The position numbers and the translations under genes were made by a program. Shown here in pieces: positions 52,036 to 64,000 of a stretch of DNA of 64,000 bases; the first letter of the stretch is position 1; each line of letters begins with the position of its first letter. Location: assembly GCA_951406725.2 (NCBI GenBank), contig OX597829.1, positions 29,822,001-29,886,000 of the forward strand, in the 5' to 3' direction. This DNA is from Octopus vulgaris. Its lineage: Eukaryota. Below the pieces are notes generated by a model. It ran no database searches, was not told the DNA's origin, and saw only the letters and a list, made by a program, of their open reading frames with translations.

Positions 52036-54659
52036 GTATTTATATATATATCTGTAGAGAGAGAGAGAGTAAAGATTATTTGCCAACATAATGTGACAGT
52101 CCTGGTTAGGACGATTGTTACTGTTAAACATCGTCTCCAGCTGGCTATATGATACACTACCTACGTCCTTATATTTTTGAACAAGGGAGTTTAGTGTCCC
52201 CAATCAGCTCAAAGCAAATTTATTAATATTTGGCAGAAGCAAGTGAATGACTCAGAGTACAAGAGCTTCGTGAATTAGCCCTTTTTAAATGCTAATACCC
52301 AAAGCTCTCAGACCTTGAGTCACTCTGTCACTTGTGTTGATAAATATCAATAAAAATATACATGTACTCATATTTTAAGTTCTATTTCTCCGCATCACCA
52401 TATCTACACACACACACAAACACACATATATATATATGCATGTATCATATATCAGGATTCAAGTAAATCAGACACTTAAATGGGTTGAAAATTGTGTACA
52501 CAACAAAGAAAGGAATACATACGCAGGTACCGAAGAACAGGCAGAAAGATACTCAGTTTACGTATACAATTAACTGTGCCCAACCATGTATATCATGAGT
52601 CCTGAGGCTAATCTGGAAATGCACATTGCACTAAATGTATGGTCCATAATATACTTCTGATCGATGCAAGATGCAGGTTCCAAGTGAGCTGAATAATAAC
52701 AGATGGACAATGTGTCAGTCTACTACAGCTGTTTCAAATGAGTTTTTTAATTGATTAATGGGGACATTACACCATTAGAAAAAAACGTTTTCATCTAGTG
52801 AAATCACAACATTCAAAGACATTCAAAAGCTGACTGCTTGTGCCACTTCATGATTCTGTGAGCATTACCGGTCATCTGATAATAATTTTGCTTGTCATTG
52901 TGTTACTTAGCCTATTGGTAACACTTTCATGTGATTAGAGAAAATGAGAGTGAGAGAAACATCCATGACATGAGATAGAGAGAATGTAAATGTAATGCTT
53001 TCACGTGATTAGTTAAAGGGAAAGAGAAGAGAAAGAAAAAGGAGAGAGAAAAAGAGGATAAGGCAAAGAATAAGACAGAAATAGGGTGAAAGAAAAGACA
53101 GAGAGAGAGAGAAGTGTTCATGATGTGAGGTAGAGGAAACCTAATAATTTTAGCAGAGGGGTGATGTTCTGATGGTGAGGTTAAAGAAATGCAGGGAAAA
53201 GAGAAAGATGAAGATGGTGATGGTGACTGGATAGTGAAAAGTGTATTTTAAAAAAAAATTGAATCAAGTTTTTTATATCACCTATCACTTAACGCATGTG
53301 CATAAGTGCAATTCCATGAAATATTCACAGTTATTTACATGACAGATAAATGCAATTTAACTAAGGGTTGTATCATATGTACAGAATATTTTTTTTATGG
53401 GGAAAATGGGAAAATAAGAGTGAATATTTATTTTATGAGCACTGTGCATTAAGTAATCATCATATTACAATTTCTTTCACTTTTCAATGAGTAGCAGATG
53501 GACGACTATATTTCCATACAGACAGAACATAGGCTACACTTTCAGTTTTTTTTTGGATAAAGTTTTCAGAAATAACCCAATAGGTTTACCATTAATTTGG
53601 TGAAATATTCATGGGTCCCACTACTAAGAAGGAATTTGTTTGTTCAGTTTGGTGGTATTATAAGGGAAAATGCTTTGATGTCAGGCATAAGTTGAGGAGT
53701 ATCAAAGATTTATAGCAATGAAGAAGGTTAGAGGATGGAGTAAGTGGGGCAAACAGATAACAAAATATTTTGGCCCTACAATGAAGATAGAGTTAGTTTC
53801 TTTTATTTCCATCCAACTAGAAGTTTTAAGGCTAAGTACAAAGAGTAAGGTCAATCAGCTATTTATTTATTTAACAGCTTTCTATATGCCCACTATAAGG
53901 CCAAAAAGATTGTAAAAGAGAGAGACAGTAAGTCTAAGAAGTGCTGGTGGGGGGAATATCAAATAAGAAGAGTGGCTGTCATATCAAGAAGTATACAATA
54001 AAATGCATTCAATACAAAAGTATATGAATGTAAATGGATAATAATTAAAAATGCAAGTGGTAAATACTGCAAAGAATCTTATAAGAATTTAAAAAATAAT
54101 TAGAAAGTAATTAAAATTAGTATAATGGAATAAAATAATGTAATAGGATAAATTATAATAATGAGTAAAAAGTAAAAAATACATTAATTAGTAAAAAATG
54201 AATTGGAAAAAATAATAATAGAATATATAATAACCATAATTCAATAAAGCCACAAAATGTTTTGAGATAAATCTAAATATATGTAAAAAAAAACCAAAGA
54301 AGATGAAAGAAAAGAGTATGGTATAAATTTCTAAGTCACAATTTGATGCATATAAAATAGGTTAGTCTGACTGTAATTACAGATTCATTGATATTAAGAA
54401 TATAAAGTGTATAAATAAAAAAGAAAGTATTTATACATATTGTGTTCAACATAAGGAATATGAGTAAATGATGTGTAAGATATTATAGGTTATAGACAAT
54501 TAGATTCAAATTTGTTTCAAGGGTGAACTGAATATACAGTACTGATGAACAGTGATTTGTTTCAACTGGCTTTGAATTTATACTGCATTTTTTTTAACAC
54601 TCCTAGATGAAATATTGAAGCCTAAAAGTGTTTAGCAACATGCATACATTAAGTATATG

Positions 54660-56710
54660 ACAATTATGAATGTGAAGAATGACTGGAAGGAGGAGAGTTT
54701 GCTTAATGTTGACCCAGTTGAGAGACTAGCTATCTGAATTGACAGTACCTTGGTAGATAAAGCAATTAAGGATGTGAAGACAGGGAAAGCCCCTGGTCCA
54801 TCAGAAATCACTAGTGAGATGCTCAAAATATCTGGTGGTGTGGGTTTTGGCCTAGTCACCCGTATTGTAAATCAGGTGGTTCAATGACTGGTGTAGCAGC
54901 ACCATAGTCAACTGCTACAAAGGTAAAGGTGATGCCTTAGACATAAATAATTACAGAGGTATCAATTGTTTGATCAGGGGATGTAAGTTACAGAGAGGGT
55001 CATAGCTCAACTAATTAAGGAGAAAGTTAGCCTGGATGAGATGCAGTTTGGTTTCATGCCAGGGAGAAGCACCACTGATGCTATATTTCTGGTAAGGAGC
55101 TGCAGGAGAAATACATAGCCAAAGATAAATGTCTCTGCTTGGCTTTTGTTGACTTCGAGAAAACCTTTGACAGGGTCCCCCAGTCCCTTATCTGGTGTTC
55201 AATGCAGAAACTAGGGATCGGTGAATGGCTTGTGAAAGCTATACAAGCCATGGAGAGGGACACTATCAGTAAGGTGAGGATTTGCAACGAGTACAGTGAA
55301 GAATTCAGAGTTAAAGTACGGGTTCATCCAGGATCAGTCCTCACCCTGGTCATCTTCTTCATGAGCAGGGTGAGGCAATAACAGGAATTTAAGATAGGCT
55401 GCCCCTGAGAGCTCCTCTATGCTGATGACTTACTCTTATAGCTGAATCAAGGTCCAGAATCAAAGGGCCTAGCAAAAAACCAGTCTTAGTAAGTAGGAAG
55501 ACAGACAAATCACAAATCGCTTCAGGTAGATGGCATAGGTTGAAACTCCATAAGATGTACCCAGTGTAAGCAATGAACACATAAGAAGTGCAACAATATT
55601 AGAGGAAAGTTAATAGGGTAAAAAAATTTTGTGTGTGGAAGATGCACAGGTCCAATAAACACTGAAAATATACAGAAAATAGTCTCCATTAACTGCCAGC
55701 AGGATAAGCTAGAAGTAGTAGATAACTTCTGTTATCTAGGTGACCAAGTGAGTAGTGGAGGTGGGTGCTCTGAGAGTGGAGCTATGAGAATAAGAATAGC
55801 CTAGGCAAAGTTCAGAGAGTTTCTACTTCTGCTGGCAACAAAGGGCCTTTCCTTCAGAGTGAAAGGCAAACTGTATCATACTTGTGTGCTAATAGCTATG
55901 CTACACATCAGTGAAGCTGGGGATATGTGTAGGCTTGAAAGAAATGAAGCCAGTATGCTTCACTGGATGTGCAATGTCAGTGTGCATGTAAGACAGAGTG
56001 TAAGCATCTTGAGAGAAAGGTTGGGCATTAGAGGCATCAGATGTGGTGCACAAGAAAGATGACTGTGCTGGTATAGTCAAGTGATATGCATGGATGAGGA
56101 CAGCTGTGTAAAGAAGTACTAATCTCTAACTGTGAAGAGAACCTGTGGTAGAGGCAGACCCAGGAAGATATGGGATGAGGTGGTGAAGCATGATCTTTGA
56201 ATTTTGGGCCTCACAGAGGCAACATCTAGTGACGGAGACCTTTGATGATATGCTGTGCTTGAGAAAACCTGTCAAGCCAAGTGAAATTGTAGATGTGGCC
56301 AATACTGGTGTCATGTAACTGGCACATAAAAAACATCTTTTGTGCATTGGACCACATGGAAACAAAGTGACTGATGCTGGTGGCATATGAAAAACTCCTT
56401 CTAAATGCTGGGCAATGACAAATGACCGAGACCTTGGCACTATGTCATGCTTGAGAAGAAGACTCATCAAACCAAGTAAAATCACAGCCGTGGCAGATAC
56501 TGGTGTCACGCAAATAGTACCTGTGCCAGTGGCAAGTAAAAGCACTCATTACACTCTTGGAGTGGTTAGCATTAGGAAGGACATCCAGCCACAGAAACCA
56601 TGCCAAATCAGACTGGAGTCTGATGAAGCCTTCCAGCTTGCCAGCCCTGATCAAACTGTCTAACTCATACCAGCATGGACAATGGATGTTAAATGATGAT
56701 GATGATGATG
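54660..56710 (+). mobile_element. Old RTE LINE, 5'-truncated, many disruptions
   Basis: GKAPGPS, FVDFEKTFDRVP, LLYADD and RGRPRK relics; (TGA)n tail at about 56694-56710. Confidence 0.88.
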
Positions 56711-56714
56711 ATTA

Positions 56715-56905
56715 ATGTGGTGTGTTGGCAGAATTGTTAGCACACCAGGCAAAATGCTTAGTGGCATTTATGTTCAAATTCCACTGAGGTTTACCTTCCC
56801 TTTCATCTTTTTGGGGTCAATAAAATAAATACCAGTTGAGCACTGGCTTCAGTGTAATTGACTTACATCCTCTCCCAGAGTTGCTGGCCTTGTACCAAAA
56901 TTTGA
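56715..56905 (+). mobile_element. Deu/Nin-domain SINE
   Basis: TGGCAGAATTGTTAGC head; CCTTTCATCTTTTTGGGGTCAATAAAATAAATACCAG core. Confidence 0.7.
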
Positions 56906-57101
56906 AGTTATATATATGTATGTATGTATATATCTGTATGTATGTATATGGTTTTTGAGTGCACTCGTATTTCAAGCATGTTGAAGACAGGTTGTTTTCT
57001 CCCTTGCTCCCTTAATATAATTATATACATATGTTTATAATTATTAATTTAAACAGTATCATTAACGTGATTTTATCCTTATATTCTATACACACACACA
57101 G

Positions 57102-57149
<48 letters not shown>

Positions 57150-57167
57150 ATATATATATATTTATAT

Positions 57168-57711
57168 ATAGGAAAAAAGCAACAAGAATGGATTAAATTA
57201 TCGGTACAATTGTTTCTTACGAGGACATCTTTAATAAGCTACAAAGAATGCAGTAAATATAGATGGCTCGTACTCGTCAGCTGAAAAAACATCAGAGATT
57301 CCCAAACATCAAAAGGGGTAGATACAAATGAGGGTGTGAGTTTAACTGCATTGAAGAAAGTTCAATTCCTGGAGATCCAATGAAAGGTCTTGAACTTACA
57401 GAATTTATGCATGTCCATATATAGTTCATATTGAATTGTTAATCAAGTTATGTGAAGAAATTTTGGATACACAAATTCTGTAAGTTCAAGACCTTTCATC
57501 GGATCTCCAGGAATCGAACTTTCTTCAATGCAGTTAAACTCACACCCTCATTTGTATCTACCCCTTTTGATGTTTGGGAATCTCTGATGTTTTTTCAGCT
57601 GACGAGTACGAGTCATCTATATTTACTGCATTTTTTGTAGCTTATTAAAGATGTCCTTGTATGAAACAATTGTACCGATAATTTAATCCATTCTTGTTGC
57701 TTTTTTCCTAT
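57168..57711. repeat. Near-perfect inverted repeat (~245-bp arms, ~55-bp spacer) with a hammerhead-like motif in each arm
   Basis: 57168-57412 vs 57467-57711; CTGACGA gtacgag...cttgtat GAAA caattg TA at 57599-57674. Confidence 0.88.
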
Positions 57712-57850
57712 TTGTAATCACCCCACTTGTCGTATGGTTAACACCATATAGATTTCCAGTGCATCCTAGTTAGGGACCATATTTATGTGAATTCATTAGA
57801 ATTCACTTGAATCTCAATTACTTAAACCGAATATATTTATATATATATAT

Positions 57851-58664
57851 ATATTGTTATATTTCGGAATGGTCATTTTGCCAGTTTAGCCAATAAAAAC
57901 ACACACACTATATATTTGGTGTTACTTTACTTCAGTGTTATTTATTTTTTACATTAATCTTAATCTTATTTTGGCCAGAGTTCTTTCGTCACTCTCCTGT
58001 GACAGCATCAGTGGTCCTTTGCTTTCTTCTTTCTTATTTGTGTCTCTCCTTACTAACCGTCAGCCATTTTGTATTTCTATTGTATGTCTTCATTTGCGCA
58101 TGCTTATATCTCTATGTGCGTCTGTTTAGTTAGTGTGTATGTGTGTATGTGGGGGGGATGCCTGTAATATTTGTATCTTCTGCTTATATACGTTTGTGTA
58201 ACTTGTTTTTGTTTTTGTTTATTCTTATTTTGTTCATGTGTTTACATCCACTTATTATTCTTATCATTATGTATGCTTGTATGTATGTATAACAACAATA
58301 CTAGTAATAATAATAATAAATAAATAAAAAATCTTTTAAATTAAACAAAACACCCCAAAAACTTATATACACTAACTAAACATAGACGCACATAGAGATA
58401 TAAGCATGCGCAAATGGAGACATACAATAGAAATACAAAATGGCTGACGGTTAGTAAGGAGACACACAAATAAGAAAGAAGAAAGCAAAAAAGCAAAGGA
58501 CCACTGATGCGATCACAGGAGTGTGACGAAAGAACTCTGGCCGAAATAAGATTAAGATTAATGTAAAAAATAAATAACACTGAAGCAAAATAACATCAAA
58601 TATATAGTGCGTGTGTTTTTATTGGCTAAACTGGCAAAATGACCATTCCGAAATATAACAATAT
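57851..58664. repeat. Inverted repeat (~290-bp arms) with a minimal hammerhead-like motif in each arm
   Basis: 57851-58140 vs 58365-58664; cca CTGATG cg atcac aggagt gtgac GAAA gaac TC tgg at 58501-58540. Confidence 0.85.
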
Positions 58665-58670
58665 CTGTTT

Positions 58671-58713
<43 letters not shown>

Positions 58714-58891
58714 TAGTTGTCTATAGCTTAATGCAATAAACTATTCCCTGATTATCTATTGAAGTTGAGCATCTGAATTCTCTTGGGACATCTGTAGCAG
58801 GATTCCAAGCCTCCTTAATGGTGAAACATATAAGAACTATAATATAAACTTGTGTTTATCCCTATTTCTCCCATACCTATGTATGTATGTA

Positions 58892-58938
<47 letters not shown>

Positions 58939-59951
58939 ATGTTTGTATGTATGAATGTATATCATTGTTCAGTTTTATTTCAAGATTTCTTGCCATTAGA
59001 AAAAGAGCTGTTTTCTAGCCTAGATCCAAGGCTCCTTCATTGGAATTTCAACATTGACAACAGGGTATTTTTGTATGTATGAATGTGCAGATTTGTATGT
59101 TTTGCTTTATGTATGTATTCTCATGCATATAGTTGCATATCTAGACATCCTCATGTATATTGAAATGCTAAACTTCTGGAAAGCTTTACTAATTCTTTCA
59201 ATTCCATTGATGGATCTGATCTGTAGTCTTCAAGTTAGCTTTCTCCTTTCTGATTTTGAGAAGCCTAATTTCTCAAAATTGGTAATTTAGGCAATTGGTA
59301 ATTTATCCCAGGGCTCCAGTAATTACAGGTATAAACCAGAACTTGTAATCTGGATAGAGTAACTGCAGATTTCTCAATAGTTCAGCGCAGGTATTCTTTT
59401 TTTCACTGATCTTCAGCTTTATGTTAACATCCACTGGGCAGCTAATTTCCTCATCTGTGTACAGTTTCTCTTCTCTATCACAAATTATTATATCAGGTCT
59501 GTTGTGCTTACATTTTATTGAAGTATTCTTTAGGATATTCCACCAGTACTCCTTTTTATTATGAGTGGCTATGGCTTCTACCATACTGCAGGTTCTTATT
59601 TTTTGTCCTTGAGGTTATCCTTCCGCTGGATTTCATTATAAAGTGTCCTAGCTACAACATCATATCTCATTGCCAGATAATGCCATGATAACATTTTCAG
59701 GCAACTGCTTATAATGTGGGTGATATCTTCAGTGTTAACTCCACAAAGTCTGCATTGGTCACATTTTACTGCTTTTCCTGTGCATCAGGTACTTGGTTCC
59801 TGGATTGCAAACACATACTCTTCAAAATGGGAGGTAGTAATCTGGCTATTGGTCCATGATCAACGTTACTGTCATCTCAGAGATTTCAACTAACATATCC
59901 ATGCATAGTTTTCTGTACATATAGGCTCATCCTTTCATCTGATGATATTTT

Positions 59952-60399
59952 TGTAATGGAAGGCAAGGTTTATGATATTGGAGGAATATCATCTTCTTCC
60001 ATCATCTTTTTCTTGTTCTTTATGTAGTTCAGGCTTTCGGCAGGCGAAAAGAAAAGACTTCAAGTACAACTGCTATTTACAACTGGTTTATTTACAGAAA
60101 AGGTGAAGTGTGCTGCTCTCAGCTACCATCTTAAACTCTGATAGTGGGGGTGCGTAACCACTGGAGATAGACAGGTAGAAAACTCTGCCAGCATTCATGT
60201 TCAACCAATGCCGCTGTGTAAGGGCACCAAAAGAGGCTGGTCTGAATCGGTTTCCTGTTTATATAGTTTCCATCGCAAGCCTTGTTGTGATCTCATGCAT
60301 GGCAAAAGGATGCAGGTGAGGTCTCACTCCAGTCTCAGAGATGGCAATGGCTGCCACGAGATCTCATTCAATATGACGCTGGCTGTTTGTGCCACTACA
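59952..60399. mobile_element. Possible solo LTR
   Basis: TGTAATGG...CCACTACA termini, internal AATAAA on minus, interrupts the R4-like element; no clean TSD. Confidence 0.35.
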
Positions 60400-60880
60400 A
60401 TATGTTGTGGTAGAGTTGTGCGACTTCTTTGGGCATGTATTCTAGGTTATCAGGCATAAACTGTTGCTAAAGGAGCTGCCTTCTAAATCTTATAATGTTA
60501 TCAGCTTAATGTATGCAAACTTGGTCAAGGGATGCACTTCGACAGTTGGTGGTCAAAAGATGTTGTCGAAGGGATATGATATGACGTTCAAAGGTATTTT
60601 AGATTGATGTCAAGCCTCTGCTGCCTTGTTTTCGTTTTAAGTAGAGGTGGTCTATGTCACTGTTTATGTGGAAATTATGTGTGTTGGTTAGTATCTTCTG
60701 GATTTTCACATCAATAGCTTGGATCTCATCAAGCGTCCAATCAAGCAGCCCAAATGTTGGTATGAGTACTGGCACTGCAAACACATTGTGGGCCACTGTT
60801 TTATTGAATGCAGAGAGTTCTGAGGTTCAAATTTTCTTTATTCAGCTGTAATATTCTCTAGTGACATGTGTTTTGTTCAC

Positions 60881-62995
60881 GCTTCTGGACTGGTGATCCC
60901 TGATGACGTTGTCCTCAGTTGACGAACTATGGTCATCCCTCAAAGTATATGTAATCTGGTTGACTGACCAGGCAGTTCCTGTTGGGCTTCCCAAGAAGAA
61001 GAAACACAAGCCCTGGGTGACGAAGAAGGTTAAACGAGAACGTCGACTCAGAGATATTGCTTGGGCTGAATTCAAAAATCTGGATTCGACTGCAGCTTTT
61101 GAGGTGTACAAAACTCAACGAGACCGAGCCGTGAAAATTGAAAAGGAAGAACGCTTCAGTTATGAATACAAAATCGCGGCAAATGCCAGTAGCAATCCAA
61201 AAACCTTCTTTGCCCATGTCCAACGGAATTCCCGCTTGAACAACCAGATTGCAACGTTGGTAGACTCAACAGGCGTATCGATTGAGGACCCTTATCAACA
61301 GAGTCAATTATTTGCCGAGGCTTTTTCAACTATTTTCAAACAAGATGATGGTCGTGAACCCCCTCCATTTGATAGATCAGTACCTCCAATGCCTAGATTG
61401 GTCATCATGCGGGACGAAGTCAAACGTGTTATTCAAGGCCTCAATGTCAACAAGGGTCACGGCCCTGACGGCATACACCCATGGGTTATCAAAGCGTTGG
61501 CTCCGGTCATCTGTGAGCCCTTAACACGTCTATTCAATATGTCATTGGCGACGGATGTTATACCTGCGGACTGGAGAACAGCGATAATCTGCCCAATTTT
61601 CAAGAAAAGGAGCCGCGAAGACCCGCTTAACTACCGACCGGTTTCCCTTACATCAATAATCAGCAAGATGTTCGAAACCATCCTTAAGAAAAGTATGATG
61701 CTCCACCTCCAAAACACAGCCTCTATCTCTGATTCCCAACACGGCTTCGTGCCGAAGAGATCATGCTTGACCAACTTACTGGTAATGGAAGAATTGGTGA
61801 CGCGCATCCTCGATGATAGTGATGCTGTTGACATCGTTTTATTGGACTTTGCCAAAGCTTTTGACTCGGTAAACCACCGCCTATTACTTGTCAAGCTTCA
61901 AGCATATAGTTTCCATCCGGATATTGTACGATGGGTTGGTGCCTTCCTCTCAGATCGCTCCTTCCAAGTCCAAGTTAATGGTTCGCGGTCCGACGTCTCC
62001 AGTGCGAGCAGTGGCGTGCCTCAAGGTTCAGTGCTTGGGCCCTTATTGTTCTTAGTCTTCATAAATGACTTGCCTGACGACCTCACACAACACACCCTTC
62101 TATTTGCCGACGATATCAAACTGGTCGCTCCTCGCGGTGATATAGAGGATCTTCGTCGATGCCTCCACCAAATTTGGAAGTGGTCTAACGAATGGGACCT
62201 GTGTCTGAACGTGACAAAGTGCTGTCATCTGCCTGTTGGCTCTCCTCCTGCAACTCAACTTGATTTCAAGCCGGGTCGTCTGCTGCTGGAGAGGACTGAT
62301 CAGGTAAAGGACCTGGGTATCTTGGTGGATTCCTCCTTTTCGCCTTCGGCCCAGTGCGTCCATGCTGCCAACAAAGCACACGGAATTCTGTTCTTGATTC
62401 GACGGTCATTCGGAATGCTCACAGCAGCCATATTCCTACCACTCTATGTCACGCTGGTGAGACCCATATTGGAGTACGGGATTCAAGCCTCTTCTCCTTA
62501 TCTCCTCAAAGACATACAGCATCTCGAAAGAGTCCAGAAGCTGGCTACCCGCATGGTTCATGGTCTCAAAAATTTGTCCTATGAAGAAAGGCTCAGGACG
62601 CTCGACCTTTATTCTCTTGAAAAACGCCGCCGCCGTGGTGATCTCATTCTCGCCCACAACATCATAAGCGGAAAGTGTAACCTCTCGAAAGAGCTGTTCT
62701 TCACTCCTGCTCCAGAGCGTCGGCTGCGGGGTCATTCCGAAAAGCTCTACCTGCGACGATTTCATCTCAATCGAAGGAGAGGAGCTTTCTCCATCCGGGT
62801 TGCGGATCCGTGGAACAAGCTGCCAGACGAGATGGTGAAGATGCCGACGACCGCTTTGTTCAAAGCCTCCCTTGACCTCAAGTGGCCTGAACTCTTTACA
62901 TGAACACCACCCTGTACTTAACTCCATGTCCCCCTACATGGCCTTGCTATTTGCTTTTGAGCCAAATTAACTAACTAACTAACTAACTAACTAAC
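60881..62995 (+). mobile_element. 5'-truncated CR1-group LINE with (CTAA)n tail
   Basis: Uninterrupted RT ORF; short 3' UTR; tail CTAACTAACTAA...; precise insertion into the R4-like ORF. Confidence 0.92.
60903..62903 (+). CDS. LINE ORF2 reverse transcriptase (5'-truncated, no endonuclease domain), 666 open codons
   Basis: NPKTFF, KGHGPDGI, NYRPVSLTS, QHGF, LDFAKAFDSV, SGVPQGSVLGPLLF, LFADD, KDLG, LERVQ, RRRRGDL, LRGH motifs. Confidence 0.9.
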   Translation: MTLSSVDELWSSLKVYVIWLTDQAVPVGLPKKKKHKPWVTKKVKRERRLRDIAWAEFKNLDSTAAFEVYKTQRDRAVKIEKEERFSYEYKIAANASSNPKTFFAHVQRNSRLNNQIATLVDSTGVSIEDPYQQSQLFAEAFSTIFKQDDGREPPPFDRSVPPMPRLVIMRDEVKRVIQGLNVNKGHGPDGIHPWVIKALAPVICEPLTRLFNMSLATDVIPADWRTAIICPIFKKRSREDPLNYRPVSLTSIISKMFETILKKSMMLHLQNTASISDSQHGFVPKRSCLTNLLVMEELVTRILDDSDAVDIVLLDFAKAFDSVNHRLLLVKLQAYSFHPDIVRWVGAFLSDRSFQVQVNGSRSDVSSASSGVPQGSVLGPLLFLVFINDLPDDLTQHTLLFADDIKLVAPRGDIEDLRRCLHQIWKWSNEWDLCLNVTKCCHLPVGSPPATQLDFKPGRLLLERTDQVKDLGILVDSSFSPSAQCVHAANKAHGILFLIRRSFGMLTAAIFLPLYVTLVRPILEYGIQASSPYLLKDIQHLERVQKLATRMVHGLKNLSYEERLRTLDLYSLEKRRRRGDLILAHNIISGKCNLSKELFFTPAPERRLRGHSEKLYLRRFHLNRRRGAFSIRVADPWNKLPDEMVKMPTTALFKASLDLKWPELFT

Positions 62996-64000
62996 AGGTG
63001 CAATTGTAAGATATGTTTTCATCCACCTTATAGCTTCCCCCTTTTCACAACCACATAACAACATTTATCCTGACCAAACTCCAACCTTACATCCTTTAAT
63101 GATGTTGTAACTAGGTCAAGGCTCTTTTTCATCTTATGCATATTCTTTGTATAAAGTCATCCACAAAGAAACAAGTGTGTAATTTTGGTATTTCTGTTTC
63201 CTTGTGAACCACTGAGATATCCTTCAAACATCCTTAACATGAATGACAAAGGGGTTTACAGAAACTATAAACAACACTACAGAGAAGCTGTCTGCTTGGA
63301 ATATGTCTTGCGATACTGTATTATATCAGTGATAATTTATCAGTTTCATTTCAAGATGGTGGCTCAGAATGAAGGTGGGTCAGCTATAGCTTTGACTATG
63401 CTCACTGAAACTTTAGCAAGCTGAAGGGCTTCCGTGAATAAGAACAGAGTCAAAAGCCATCTTGTAATCTAGCCACATTGAAACTAAGTTCATCCTATGC
63501 TCTCACACCTTTGACATCACAGTTTTGTTGATGAACAATTTATCAGCACACACCCCAGACTCCCTTCTTCCCAGCTCCTTGTTTTGCTGTGATGATGTTA
63601 TTGGTTTCACAATAGTCCTGGAGGAAGAGGTTTAAGCATGCTGTATATATCTTATACATTAAGTTCTGGTATGCAATTGGCTAGTAGTTTTTTGCCATGT
63701 GGGTGGTTCTGCATTTGGGGATGAATTTTGTCTCTGCCAGAGCTAACCAATGTACTATGTTACTGTTCCCATTGAGAACTTGCTGGTACCAGATTGATAA
63801 GATAGAGTCAGTAGAAGGTTAGCTTCTCGTACCAATATCCAACAATCAAAATATGAAGTTTTGAATCATTCCCCAACATTGATTTTGTTTCCTCATGTCT
63901 CTCTTTAAAATGTATATTTTTAAATGTCATTTTGCAGAAAATAAGTTTTCATGAATGCATGTTACAATTATCTTTTATGCATGCATGTATGTATTTACAT

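Larger units (their letters stand above)
59290..63900 (-). mobile_element. Decayed R4/Dong-like non-LTR element (RT and restriction-like endonuclease), interrupted by two insertions
   Basis: HNRPDIIICD...EISCP...KISEK...IPVITGALG (RLE); AHNVFAVPVLIPTFG..DW...LYLKRKQGSRGL; DENISY / VNKTHVTREYY split by the CR1 insertion. Confidence 0.8.

Noticed and set aside
62436-62927. Antisense ORFs within the CR1 RT
   Set aside because: Shadow frames of a GC-richer coding sequence

Overview
AT-rich, microsatellite-dense animal genomic DNA. The tRNA-derived SINEs, RTE tails and (CA)/(AT)/(CAT) tracts suggest a coleoid cephalopod, most likely Octopus (inference). Only one host gene is supported: translation initiation factor eIF5 on the minus strand. 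It has 9 coding exons (45124 to 41927), all with GT-AG introns in consistent phase, encoding about 441 aa, plus an upstream leader exon ending at 47996. It lies in a ~10.5 kb zone with no recognisable transposon, CpG-retaining in its 5' part. The leader encodes a spliced 80-codon uORF with two in-frame AUGs in poor context (UUUAUGU, UUUAUGA) that overlaps the strong-context main AUG out of frame, and the ~890 nt upstream contain no AUG. This matches the known eIF5 start-codon-stringency autoregulation circuit. The rest of the window is transposon-derived: SINEs, RTE LINEs (with a PHD-like finger inside RT and an expanded 3' UTR array), a CR1-type LINE with an open 666-codon RT ORF inside a dead R4/Dong-like element, Tc1/mariner relics, and Penelope-like fragments carrying degenerate type I hammerhead motifs, several in long inverted repeats. 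A mosaic templated insertion sits inside a dead DNA transposon at 5.2-5.5 kb. No wholly new system can be proven from sequence alone.
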